A stretch of DNA of 63,925 nt, the filler included, from Octopus bimaculoides (Eukaryota): assembly GCF_001194135.2 (NCBI RefSeq). It is 6 parts of 5 records of this genome, joined end to end, with 100 filler letters (N's around TTAATTAATTAA, not from the genome) between each part and the next. Parts side by side here need not be neighbours in the genome. Positions count along the whole stretch, not along the records: positions 1 to 19,188 come from NC_069001.1; positions 19,289 to 30,473 come from NC_069009.1; 4 more parts are not named here. One strand, written 5' to 3'. The notes below the pieces were generated by a model that saw only the letters and a program-made list of their open reading frames with translations, ran no database searches and was not told where the DNA came from. Made by a program: the position numbers and the translations under genes. Within the stretch, counting starts at the first letter, position 1; each line of letters opens with the position of its first letter. This document shows positions 13,974 through 26,522 of the stretch, piece by piece.

Positions 13974-14296
13974 CATATATATAAGTATATACGATACATA
14001 TATAAATATATACAAATACGTGTGCGTGTATGTGTGTGCATAAATGTATGTGTGTGTAAGCGTTTGAATGCGCGCTTCATTTGATAAATATGTCGGTCAC
14101 GAAGATCTATTATGTATTTATGACTGTACTAGGTGTGTACAATTAAATACAAATATAAATACGTGTGTGTGTGTGAGGTGAGTATCTTGGTGTATGTGTG
14201 TGGGCTTATGTGTGTGGTGGGTTAGATGCACTTAATAAACCTACCTGTGAAACATCCTTTACAGGTGTTCGTATACAATTCGTAAACAGGTGTTTC

Positions 14297-14330
<34 letters not shown>

Positions 14331-14508
14331 TTGTGTGTGTGCTGATGCACTCATATATATATATATATATATATANNNNNNNNNNNNNNNNNNNNNNNNN
14401 NNNNNNNNNNNNNNNNNNNNNNNNNNNNNNNNNNNNNNNNNNNNNNNNNNNNNNNNNNNNNNNNNNNNNNNNNNNNNNNNNNNNNNNNNNNNNNNNNNNN
14501 NNNNNNNN

Positions 14509-14572
<64 letters not shown>

Positions 14573-16954
14573 CACACCGGTAATGCAATATGAATAGTAC
14601 AAAATGGAAACATATAATGTGTGCTGCAATGAAAATATTACAAAAATACAGAAGTAATTTTCCAAGTTTTGTTTGGCAACACTGATTATCTCACCTGTAT
14701 TTTTGCAATATATTCGTTACAGCACTCACAGGTAAGTTTTCTCTTTGTACCATTCCTTTTGAATTACTCGGTGTATGTGTGTGTATATATATATATATGT
14801 AAATAATATATGAGTATATGCATATATATGTACATGTATGCACATACCTTCATATACATGTATATATAGATGCATATCTGGGTACATGACGTTGCAAAAA
14901 AAAAACATGGACAAAATGATAAACAAGGTACAGAAAACACACAGGCCACATAGAAAACATTTCCTTCATCAGCTGCCACCATTATAATACTGGCGTTTCG
15001 AAGAGTTAGGGCAGGACGCATCGTTACAATGGCTCTTCCCACAGACACAAATTAAATTTGTTCCATGGAGGAATGTAGTGGCGGAGAGAAAACAAGACAG
15101 GAAAACGAACCAGTGAAATAAACAAAGAAGGCCAAACGGCCAGAGGACATAAAAAGAAACGAAAACATATAAAACGATTTTTTTGCGAACAACGAAAGAA
15201 ACAAACAGAGAAACGAGACATGCAACATAAAGAGTATAGCCCTTCGTCAGTTGTCCTTGTTTCATCTACTCCGTATGCACACACATATTTATATACATAT
15301 GTGTGTGTGCCTAATTATATTTTATGAGCATGCACACATAGGTGTGTGTGATTGTGTGTGTGTGTGTGTGTGTGCGTGTGTATGATTATTCTCTTTCTTC
15401 GTTGTCAGGATGAAAATGTTTAATAAAGCGAGAATTTTCGTGGAATTTCTTACACCTACACACACGCATACCTACACACCCAACCACCCACACCCACTCA
15501 CACACACACACCACTTACACATACTTCTTTATGTGTATGTGTACACACACCTACACACATTGCGTGCGTACGTGACATTTTATTACAAGCAACTGTGAAC
15601 AAAAGCGTCGTTAATTGTTTGCGCTTAAATAGGTCATAGCCACGGGAAATGTTTGTGAAAGACGTATGACAAAAGTCTCGCGTTTACCAGTCATTGTTAA
15701 TGGGTTCCTGGATGAAGAGGGAATTTGTTTTTTTTTTTAGTTAATTCATTTGCTAAGGGGAGGACTCTTTGATCTTTGTTGAAAGCGGCACAATCGTAGA
15801 CATATGTTTCGGTAATTTGGGTGTCGTCAGTATTATAAGACATGCAAGGGTTACAAGTGTTCGGTTTCAATTCATTGCTACTATATGAAAAAGCAAATAT
15901 CAATTCCGAGGACATCGCTAGATCAGTGATGACCGAGGGTTAAACAATAACAGTAACACAAGTAAAGGTGAGCTACTGAGAGGGTCTCTACGCGGTCGCT
16001 TGATATGATAGGAATAGAGGCTGAATGTTCCTCAAATCGAACTCTGTCATCTTAAGCCTGAAAGATCATATTCAATAACCGTAGTTATGGATACCACTAC
16101 AAAGATGGGACGGTCGTGGATGGATTGTCGTTGATCATGGATCTACCGGATTGGGACTGACATGAGGTTAACCATCACCAACACCACCAACCACATAGTC
16201 GACACACGCACTTACTCGCACACACACACACACACACACGCACACATACACACATACGCGCGCGCACTACCGCCAGCACCACCATTACGGGTACATCGCT
16301 GCTCCTCCCACCGCCACCACTGACCAACCAATCACACTTCGTTCGACGGAGTACTGCGAAGTTGAGTGAAGGTGGGAGTATGAAGTGGACGCGGGGAGGA
16401 GGCGGAGGAGGGAATGGGTGTGGTGGAGGAAAGGGGGAGAGTATGTCACGACCACAACATATCGACTTTTGAACTCCCCTCCGTTCCTGGCCGTCTCCCC
16501 TCACCAATATGGACGACCACTTCATAAGCACCACCGTCTCGTGCTCATCAGCGTTATCATCATCATCATCAACATCACAACCATCATCAGTGCTACCATC
16601 GTGCTCACCAGTACCACGACCACCACCACCGTCGTCATCATCATCATCATCGTTATAAGTAACATCATAAACACTACCACCATCACCACCGCCCTCATGG
16701 CCACTACCACCATCACCATCAGCACAGCGCCACCATAAACATCTCCACCGCCACCTATCGGCACTAACACCATCACCGCCACCACCACTACCACCACCAC
16801 TCCACCACTACCATCACCACCATCCTGCTTCTGATCTGTTCCGTTGCTATTAGCAACCAAACAGTTCGATATATGTCATGACGTAACTCTGATTGATTAC
16901 CATTTCCGATTGTTACGGGTGGCTGACTATGAAGAGGTGGTTGGGTACAGGTTA

Positions 16955-16996
<42 letters not shown>

Positions 16997-17516
16997 AAGA
17001 AAGAGAGTGTGTGTAAGTGTGTGCGAGTGTGTGTGAGTCTGTGTCTCTGTGTGTGCGTATGTGTGTGTGTCTATGTGCGTGTGTGTGTGATTGTGTGAGT
17101 GTGTATGTGCGTATACAGATAGATAGATAGATCAGCACATCTCCGTCACCACGACTACTACCACCACGACTACTACCACCACGACCAATGCCACCACTAC
17201 CACAACAACAATATGCGTATATATACATAATGCGAGAGAGTGAGAGAGAGAGAGAGAGAGGAGGAGAGGGTAGACGGACACACAGGAATGTGTGAGAGAG
17301 TGTGTATTATATATGTGTGTCTGCAGATGTATGTGTGCTTCTATGTATGTACGTATGCATGCATGCATACAAATGTATATGCGTGTGTGTGTGTAAGTAT
17401 GTATGTGTGTATGCATGAATGTATGTGTACCCATGTTTGTATGTGTGGATGTATGTGTGTATGCATGTATGTGTGCATGGACGTTGGTATGGTGGATGTG
17501 CATGCATTATATGTAT

Positions 17517-17582
<66 letters not shown>

Positions 17583-17958
17583 TAGTTCGTTATATGTGGT
17601 TTGCGCCTGATGAATATGTTGTGATATTTCTGAGCATATGAAACTATTAGCACCTCTTCAATACATGTATTATGTCCTTTAAATAAATAATATTTCTCTC
17701 TCATCAGATGGAGTACTTTTTTTTTTGTTGAATCCTAACATAAAATTGCCAACCAAATGTGGCGTCCTATACAGGACAGTGCTACTGATGTTTATAGCTG
17801 CAGGAAGACATCTCTTCCAGCTGGCTAACGACGCACATTCTGTGTCCGATTAGTATTTGTGCTCCCATCTCTAGCCTTATGTGATGCACACGGATTTGAG
17901 TGTCTAGGTGGTTACCCGTCCTCAGTGTGTGTTAATCACAAGCTGGTGATGAAAACAC

Positions 17959-17989
<31 letters not shown>

Positions 17990-18105
17990 GGGTCCGTTTC
18001 TCTTTATGTACATGTGTATATGTTAACGAATGTATGTGTGCATCCACGAGTCACTTTGTTTATGTATGTATGTATGTATGTATGTATACATACATATATG
18101 TGTGC

Positions 18106-18145
<40 letters not shown>

Positions 18146-18613
18146 CAGTGTGTGCAGGTATATATAATGCATGCGTGTATATATCATTTTGTATGTTAGT
18201 GCGTGTGTGAGTATATGGAAGTACCTATATATATGTGTGTGTAGCTATGAGTTTCTCTTTCGCTTTCTCTCTTTCTCTCTCTCTCTTTCTGCATACACAC
18301 ACATATATATGTATGTATGCGTGTGTGTGTGTGTGTGTGTGTGTGTTTATATGTATATTAGTATGTGTATGTGTCACGAGGTCAGACATTGTGATGCAGT
18401 CGTTAGGTCTCAATGACCTGCTTTTGTCATTTGCCGTTTAAACAGAATATAATTTATCATAATTTAATCGCTAATACACACACGCACGCGCACACACACA
18501 TACACGCATACACACAGATACACACATACACATCATATTTGCATAAATATATACATACAGAGAGAGAGAGACAGATCATACAGTGATAAACGCACACACA
18601 CACACATAGATAC

Positions 18614-18700
<87 letters not shown>

Positions 18701-19137
18701 TACACACATATATATATATACATACATATATATATACATACATATGTAAGTAGGCATGCATATATTCATATAAGTATGTATATGAGCGTCTATGTACGTA
18801 CGCATATATGCACGTATGTTTTATGTATGTAGTTATTGATGTATGCATGTATGTATGTATGTATGTATGTATGAATAAATGTATGCTTGTATGTACAAGT
18901 GGCGGATCTTGCAGAGTCTCTAATTTATAATATAGAATGCTGCTTATAAATAAGTTATCAGTATGTAACTTTTAGTAGAAAGAAAGAATTCTCAATGTCT
19001 ACACTGTCTAGAATATTCTTATAAATTCTATTTTTTTTATATATTGTTTCTATGAAAATTTCGTTTTTAAGATTCTTTTATTATTCGTTTATTTAAATGT
19101 GCGTGTGTATCGTTGTGTCTGTTTTCACCCACCCACC

Positions 19138-19188
<51 letters not shown>

Positions 19189-19288
19189 NNNNNNNNNNNN
19201 NNNNNNNNNNNNNNNNNNNNNNNNNNNNNNNNTTAATTAATTAANNNNNNNNNNNNNNNNNNNNNNNNNNNNNNNNNNNNNNNNNNNN
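19189..19288. other. Assembly spacer: 44 N + TTAATTAATTAA + 44 N (also at ~30474-30573, 43435-43534, 56169-56268, 62175-62274)
   Basis: The same 100-bp construct with an all-frame stop linker recurs five times; it is an artificial contig join. Confidence 0.95.
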
Positions 19289-19298
19289 TGTGTGTGTT

Positions 19299-19329
<31 letters not shown>

Positions 19330-19867
19330 TTGTGTGTGTGTGTTTGCGTGTGTGTGTTTGTGTGTGTGTGTGTGTTTGTGTGTGTGTGTTTGTGTGTGTG
19401 TCCTTGGATCTATCCTTGTCATTGCTACCACCATTTGATAACTGGTGTTGGTGTGTTTGTATCCCTGCAATTTGGCAGTCCGGCAAAAGAGACTGATAGA
19501 ATAAGTACCAGGTTTAAGAGAAAAGTACTTGGATTGATTCATTCAACTAAAAATTCAAGGTGGTACCCCAGCATGGCCGTAGTCTAATGACTGAAACAAG
19601 TGAAAGATAAAAGATATGTAACCTCTGAATCTGTACTGGTGCCACATAAAAAGCTCTGGTGCTACTTCCATGCTAAAAGCACTGGAGCTGGTACCATGTA
19701 AAGAGCACTTGTGCTTGCTGTGTTGGTGCTACGTAAAAAAGCACCCATGCTGGTACCACATATAAAGCACTGATGCTGGTACAGTTCCATATTTAAGAGA
19801 TGAGGAATTATGTACATTATTTACATTATTTACATTTGACAGATATTTGTCCTCATCTTGTTTGTTG

Positions 19868-19912
19868 TTAACACGTTTCGGCTGATATACCCTCCAGCCT
19901 TCTTCAGGTGTC
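19868..19912 (-). ncRNA. Minimal type I hammerhead motif, probably inactivated
   Basis: GACAC CUGAAGA A GGCUG-N10-CAGCC GAA ACGU G UU; a 3-nt deletion relative to the 25.7-kb copy removes the NUH site and part of stem I. Confidence 0.55.
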
Positions 19913-19974
19913 TTGGGGAAATTTCAAACCTGGGTTCTCATTCCTAAGGTATTCGGTTTTCTTCAATTAGGCTT

Positions 19975-20134
19975 AGGTGTGGCTGTGTGGTAAGTAGCTT
20001 GCTTACCAACCACATGGTTCTGGGTTCAGTTTCACTGCGTGGCACCTTGGGCAAGTGACTTCTACTGTAGCCTTGGGCTGACCAAAGCTTTCTGAGTAGA
20101 ATCGGTAGACGGAAACTGAAAGAAGCCCGTCGTA

Positions 20135-20169
<35 letters not shown>

Positions 20170-20525
20170 NNNNNNNNNNNNNNNNNNNNNNNNNNNNNNN
20201 NNNNNNNNNNNNNNNNNNNNNNNNNNNNNNNNNNNNNNNNNNNNNNNNNNNNNNNNNNNNNNNNNNNNNNNNNNNNNNNNNNNNNNNNNNNNNNTGTGTG
20301 TGTGTGTGTGTCTGTGTGTGTGTGCTTGTGTGTCTGTGTTTGTCCCCCCACCATCGCTTGACAACCGATACTGGTGTGTTTACGTCCCCGTAATTTAGTG
20401 GTTTGGCAAAAGACACCGATAGAATAAGTACTAGGCTTCCAAGGAATAAGTCCTGGGATCGATTTGCTCGACTAAAGGCGGTGTTCCAGCATGGCCGCAG
20501 TCAAATGATTGAAACAAGTAAAAGA
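19975..20525 (+). mobile_element. CORE-type SINE with internal (TA)/(TG) microsatellite (most abundant family here)
   Basis: Head GTGGCTGTGTGGTAAG...GGTTCAGT, CORE-like ACCTTGGGCAAGTG, tail GGCGGTGTTCCAGCATGGCCGCAGTC...GAAACAAGTAAAAG. Related copies at 19400-19612, 27447-27610, 29168-29700, 36025-36336, 41489-41815, 50898-51408, 54132-54278 and 56070-56168. Confidence 0.85.
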
Positions 20526-20599
20526 TTAAAAGAGTATATATACCTATAATATATAAACATTAAGAAAGATAAATAGAAATATGAATATTATAAGATTAG

Positions 20600-21110
20600 A
20601 GACATGTCAGAAAACTAGTAAGAAAACATTTCTCTCTTGTGCACGAGTATAGGAAAAACTTTTAAGATCACTTCACTTAAAATAAGGTACTCAATGTTTA
20701 GGAATTCTGCTAACACTGCATGATTGATGAATGATAAAAGAAACAAAGAATTTAAATAATTTGAGAAGTGTGAATAGAACACAGAAATACAATTGCCATT
20801 GTCAAAGTATTTGCCCATTTAACAGACAAAGCTTGGAGGAATTTGTTTTATTTGCAGCTAGTGTCAAAGCAAATAATAAGTGAAATGGTACTGATTAAAG
20901 AGGAAACATCGCAAATCGATTCAAGGGCTGACTTCATCAGCATAACCATACAATAAGAATATTCCAGTGAAGAACGGATACATATATCATTCTTGAAAAA
21001 ATAATGACATACTGCACGCTGTTATGGAGAGTGTTTTAGATAAAGTGCATGTGTACATGCAATCAAAAGTTATTGATCTTGAAAAATTGGTGTAATTTAT
21101 TCAATTGTCA
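20600..21110 (+). mobile_element. Decayed Penelope-like element (thumb/linker plus GIY-YIG region)
   Basis: VRKLVRKHF..HEYRKNFKITSLKIRYSMFRN resembles the LIDKHF..HKIFNRNTVKISYSCM motif. NCHCQSICPFN resembles the CNC...CPL linker. FKG*LHQH follows. Many stops. Confidence 0.55.
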
Positions 21111-21356
21111 CAGAGAAATCATTTCTTGTTGCCCTCATGTATGAAGGAATGAATAAAAAGCATTTGGTATATTTCAATATGTGCAACATCTGATTTTGAT
21201 ACTGTGCAGACAGACAGACAGACAGACACATAGTTACGTGCCTGTGTATGTGTGTGCATGTGTGTGTGTGTGTGTATGTGTGCGTAAATACATGAAAGAG
21301 AGTCAGAAATTAATGCAAATGAAAATTGCATCTATTTCTGACTTGCTTTTATGTGT

Positions 21357-21393
<37 letters not shown>

Positions 21394-21453
21394 AAGGGTG
21401 TAAATTACTTTCTGATTTACCCTTTGTGCCTGTGTATATGTACAGAAATATAT

Positions 21454-22140
21454 ACAGGGTGCATAAGATATTTTAGGACAGATTTATGTTTATAAAAACA
21501 GATATATAATAGCAGATAATAACTTTATTTATCAAAAAATGCTATGAGGATAAAAATAAACCTTCTTTTCTAGAATGTTATTCAATAAAGCCACCTTCAG
21601 CTTCAACAACTGCTTCTATATAAGATCTAAATCCTCTACATGCTTGAATCAAGTGTCCCTGGTTCATTTTGGACATTATTCTGACTACGGCAGCTTTCAA
21701 AGAATCTTTGGTGTTATAGACGTGTTCTGTGACCTCTCTATCTCAACAATGCTCCATGTGTAATGGTCCAATGGATTGAGATCTGGAGAAATAGCAGGTC
21801 AGATGTTAGGGGTTATGTTATCGTGAACATTTTCAGCCATCTATTCCTGTGTTACTGGAGCCATGTGTGATAGTGCAGAGTCTTACAGCCTTCCATTGCA
21901 TACACTGTCTATCCTAGGCTTAACAATTATTTCCAGGACCACAATGTAAGTGGCAGAGTTAACTCTAAGGCCTTGTGGAAAGATGTAAGGAGGCATCACA
22001 TGTCCTTCATTGCTGACAACCCCTAAAACCATGACAGTTGCAGGAAATTTTGTATGCATAACAACTGGAGCTTCAGTCATTTCTTCTGTTAACACTTTGA
22101 TCTTGGTCGAAGTTTTTCTTGTTTGAGAGAAACCAAATCA
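21454..22140 (-). mobile_element. Tc1/mariner DD37D (maT-like) transposase remnant
   Basis: TKFPATVMVLGVVSNEG...VNSATY...DSALSH...PAISPDLNPLDHYTW with exactly 37 residues between the two Asp; in-frame stops; cagggtg-type end after TA at ~21454. Confidence 0.85.
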
Positions 22141-24039
22141 AATCTTCTTCTGCTGGATTTTTCAAGGTGGTGCCCCAGTATGGCCACACTCCAATGATTG
22201 ATACAAGTAAAAGATAAAAGGGAAAATATCTATCTATCTCTCTATCTATACTAACATAGATATATGTATGAATGTGTGCATGTATGTATGTATGTATGCA
22301 TGCATGTGTGTGTATATATATATATATATATGCATATATATGTGTATATATATATATATATATATGTATTTCTATATATATACATATATGTATATATGTG
22401 TGTGTTTGTGTGTGTGTGCGTGATGTAAAGTCACAAAACAAACAGAAAGAACTATCCAGACAATTAATTTAACTCTTGAGAATTAGAAATAGAGTGTTTG
22501 ACATTTCGGATGTTTGTCCTTCATCAGAAAGAAGAAGACTTTCTCTCTCTCTCTGTCTCTCTATCTCTCTCTTTCTCTATTTGGCTGAGTAACCATGTAC
22601 CTCCTCCACAGCAAGACACTTATTTCTGTCTCTCTGTCTTTCTGTCACACTCTAACCTTTCATCACCTGACACACACAAGATCCCCTCCTCCAATTTCCC
22701 CCCCCTCTCAAAATATCTTGCAAGTTACTTGGTGACTCTACCAGTGTTGATACCGCATGAAAAGTATCCAGTCCACACTGTTAAGTGGTTGGCATATGGA
22801 AGGGCATCCAGCTGTAAAAAACATGCCAAGACTGACTTCACCTGTGCTGGTACCACATACAAAACACTGGGTCCACTCTGCCAAGTGGTTGGTGTTAGGA
22901 AGGGCATACTGCCGTAAAATCCATGCCAAAACTGACACAGAAAGCTAGTGGAGTCTCCTGCGTAGCCAGCTCCTGTCAAACTTTCCGACTCTTTCACAAC
23001 ATGGAAGGGAGACAATAAACGTCGTCGTCGTTTAACGTCCGCTTTCCATGCTAGCATGGGTTGGACGATTTGACTGAGGACTGGTGAAACCAGATGGCTA
23101 CACCAGGCTCCAATCAAACGATGATGATATATATATATATATAATTTCAATACAGAGCAAATAATTCAAGAAAAAATAATTTGCGAAGATATCATTAACT
23201 CTGTTACTAATCTAGTGTAACGATTTATAAATGATAATAACAAAATCAATGATATAGGCAATTGCAGGCCCCAAAAATGCATCAAATACCTGAAGGATTA
23301 AAATTAATCAAAGGACTACCTGTTGGAAATAACAGTCAAAACTCTTATTTAAATCTGCAATTNNNNNNNNNNNNNNNNNNNNNNNNNNNNNNNNNNNNNN
23401 NNNNNNNNNNNNNNNNNNNNNNNNNNNNNNNNNNNNNNNNNNNNNNNNNNNNNNNNNNNNNNNNNNNNNNNNNNNNNNNNNNNNNNNNNNNNNNNNNNNN
23501 NNNNNNNNNNNNNNNNNNNNNNNNNNNNNNNNNNNNNNNNNNNNNNNNNNNNNNNNNNNNNNNNNNNNNNNNNNNNNNNNNNNNNNNNNNNNNNNNNNNN
23601 NNNNNNNNNNNNNNNNNNNNNNNNNNNNNNNNNNNNNNNNNNNNNNNNNNNNNNNNNNNNNNNNNNNNNNNNNNNNNNNNNNNNNNNNNNNNNNNNNNNN
23701 NNNNNNNNNNNNNNNNNNNNNNNNNNNNNNNNNNNNNNNNNNNNNNNNNNNNNNNNNNNNNNNNNNNNNNNNNNNNNNNNNNNNNNNNNNNNNNNNNNNN
23801 NNNNNNNNNNNNNNNNNNNNNNNNNNNNNNNNNNNNNNNNNNNNNNNNNNNNNNNNNNNNNNNNNNNNNNNNNNNNNNNNNNNNNNNNNNNNNNNNNNNN
23901 NNNNNNNNNNNNNNNNNNNNNNNNNNNNNNNNNNNNNNNNNNNNNNNNNNNNNNNNNNNNNNNNNNNNNNNNNNNNNNNNNTTTTCAGTAGTTGGTCTGG
24001 TGGTACTTGTTATAGGAATAGTTAAATCGACCTCAAAGA

Positions 24040-24420
24040 ATTTGAACTCAAAATACCGTTAAGCATCTTGTCCAGCATGCTAACAATTCAGCCAGCTTAA
24101 ATAATAATAATAATAATAATAATAATGATAATAATAATGATAATAATAATAATAATGATAATAATAATAATAATAATGATAATAATAATAATAATGATAA
24201 TAATCCTTTCTACTAAAGGCACAAGGCCTAAAATTTAGGGAGAGGGGCAAGGCGATTACATAGACCCCAGTGTTTCACTGGTACTTATTTTATCAACCCT
24301 GATAGGATGAAAGACAAAGTTGACCTCAACAGAATTTGAACTCAGAACTTAAAAATGGATAAAATGTCACTAAGCATTTTGCCCAGCATGCTAACGATTC
24401 TGTTAGCTCACTACCTTAGA

Positions 24421-24460
<40 letters not shown>

Positions 24461-24700
24461 TTATTTTTTATTGCCCACTGGGGGCTAAACATAGAGGGGA
24501 CAAACAAGGACAGGCAAAGTGATTAAGTCGAATACATCGACCCCAGGGCATAACTGGTACTTATTTAATCGACCCCGAAAGGATGAAAGGCAAAGTCGAC
24601 CTCGGCGGAATTTGAACTCAAAACATAACAGCAGATGAAATACCGCTAAGCATTTTGCCCGGCGTGCTAACGATTCTGCCAGCTCACTGCCTTGGGAATA
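24040..24700 (-). mobile_element. Tandem Nin/Deu-domain SINE copies in (AAT)n
   Basis: Same family as 42570-43405; further pieces on + at 24950-25115, 25945-26150, 26530-26670 and 37830-38135. Confidence 0.75.
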
Positions 24701-24704
24701 ATAA

Positions 24705-24910
24705 TGAGAAATATATTAAGCAACTCCCTGGTGACTCCAATCTCCGTGAGCTATAAAAGATAACCTTGATGGGTACAGCCCATATCCTATGGAAAGCAGT
24801 CTCCATCTAAAATGGAATTAAAATGGTGATAATTTTAGCTTGCACAGCAAAACAAAAGTGCCCTTGCTACTCTTGGCCCCCGAGGATGCCCGGTACTAAG
24901 GCAGCTGAAA
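24705..24910 (+). mobile_element. R4/Dong-like non-LTR retrotransposon 3' end (copy 1)
   Basis: EKYIKQLPG...EL*KITLMGTAHILWKAVSI* followed by a short 3' UTR; preceded by (AAT)n. Confidence 0.65.
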
Positions 24911-25149
24911 TAAAGTTATAATGAAAGGAAACCATGAATGGGGGCAAAATGTTTAATGGCATTTCATCCATCTTTGCATTCTAAGTTCAAGTTCTGCTGA
25001 AGTCAACTTTGCCTTACATCATTTCGGGGTCAATAAAATAAGTACCAGTTTTCACTGGGGTTGATGTAATCAACTAGCTCCATTCCCCCAAAATTTTCAA
25101 GGCCTTGTGCCTACCTTATAATAATAATGATAATGATAATAATAATAAT

Positions 25150-25470
25150 AAAACGGGCTGATTACTACCTAGCTCAGATACCAGGAAACCCCAAAATGGC
25201 TGAAGTTCAAAAGATAGTGCTCATGGGAACTGCCCATATCCTACGTAAAATACTGCCTATGTGATCTCAAATTTTAAAACAAACACATAATTTTCTTATG
25301 GTTTCTTAAACATTCTCTAGAACAACACTATGTACAAATCGAAATATATGGTACCCTAGGCATAACACCTACATGAACTTCTAACTTGTTGTCTCTTGAG
25401 GTCTCTGGGTGAGACTTGGATCCAACTTGTACAAATGCAAAACAAAAGTCAAACATAAAATAATAATAAT
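25150..25470 (+). mobile_element. R4/Dong-like non-LTR retrotransposon 3' end (copy 2)
   Basis: GADYYLAQIPGNPKMAEVQKIVLMGTAHILRKILPM* plus 3' UTR; (AAT)n on both sides. Confidence 0.7.
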
Positions 25471-25541
25471 AATAATAATAATAATAATNNNNNNNNNNTG
25501 GGATCTTGGGGTTAGTAGCCCGCGCTCTTAACCACGTATGA

Positions 25542-25581
<40 letters not shown>

Positions 25582-25639
25582 CAGTGAGCTGGCAGAGTCA
25601 TTAGCATGCCAGGCAAAATAAGCATCAGTAGAAACAATT

Positions 25640-25884
25640 ATTATCATTTACCCTATTTACATTTGGCGGACATTTGTCCTCATCTTGTTTGTTGTTAACA
25701 CAACATTTCGGCTGATATACCCTCCAGCCTTCGTCAGGTGTCTTGGAGAAATTTTGAACCTGGGTTCTCATTCCTAAGGTATTTTTCGATGTTATTATTA
25801 TTATTATTATTATTGTTATTATTCAGGTCACTGCTTGGAATCGAACTTGGGATCTTGGGGTTAGTAGCCCGCGCTCTTAACCAC
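25640..25884 (-). mobile_element. tRNA-headed SINE-like element with a hammerhead-bearing tail
   Basis: Minus strand: GTGGTTAAGAGCGCGGG-CTACTAA-CCCCAAG...GTTCGATTCC (B box), an (AAT)n linker, then a 150-bp tail shared with 19820-19953. Confidence 0.65.
25697..25742 (-). ncRNA. Minimal type I hammerhead ribozyme motif
   Basis: GACAC CUGACGA A GGCUG-N10-CAGCC GAA AUGU U GUGUU: complete core, 5-bp stem I, 5-bp stem II, loopless near-palindromic stem III. Confidence 0.65.
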
Positions 25885-25890
25885 GTATGA

Positions 25891-25928
<38 letters not shown>

Positions 25929-26164
25929 GACTACTAAGACGGTGAGCTCGCAGAATAATTAGCTTGCAGAATAATTAGCTCGCTGGGCAAAATGCTTAGT
26001 GGTATTTTATCTGTCTTTACGTTCTGAGTTCAAATTCTGCCAAAGACGATTATGCCTTTCGGGGTCGATAAAATAAGTACCAGTGAAACATTGGGGTCGA
26101 TGTAATTGACTAGTCCCCTCCCCACAAATTTGAAGCCACAAGAAAGGAGTATTATTATTATTAT

Positions 26165-26390
26165 TATTGTTCAGTAGTTTTATTTTTATAACGTGCTTTC
26201 ACTTCACTACCGAGTGCAGCTCTGTGCGCCTTGGGTATGTGCTGTGGTTTGCAGTGATGCTCTTATGGTTACTGTATTGAAAGTGTTTTGCGTAGGATGT
26301 GTGCAGTGCCCAGTAGTGCAATTTTCTGTATGTTATATATATTTGTAAGTCCTGGTGATTTTGTTATGTATTTGTCTGAATATTTTTTTA
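26165..26390 (-). mobile_element. R4/Dong-like non-LTR retrotransposon 3' end (copy 3)
   Basis: KYSDKYITKSPGLTNIYNIQKIALLGTAHILRKTLSIQ*; (ATT)n on both sides. Confidence 0.7.
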
Positions 26391-26477
26391 TTATTATTAT
26401 CATTATTATCATTATTATTATCATTATTATTATTATTATTATGATTATTATTATTATTATTATCATTATTATTATTA

Positions 26478-26522
<45 letters not shown>

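Noticed and set aside
14966-15000. GAAAC ... CTGATGA on the minus strand (type II hammerhead order)
   Set aside because: Stem I does not pair and stem II is marginal; probably chance.
19233-19244. TTAATTAATTAA recurring in the middle of N runs (also 30518, 43479, 56213, 62219)
   Set aside because: Always 44 N + 12 nt + 44 N: an artificial all-frame-stop scaffolding spacer, not biology.
23074-23090. CTGAGGA-CTGGT-GAAAC in the (GAT)n-tailed SINE resembles a hammerhead core
   Set aside because: Only 5 nt lie between the boxes (no stem II) and there is no stem I/III pairing.
25499-25575. Exact repeat of the SINE head/(ATT)n junction seen at 25848-25925
   Set aside because: It abuts a small gap and may be an assembly duplication, so it is not counted as an independent copy.
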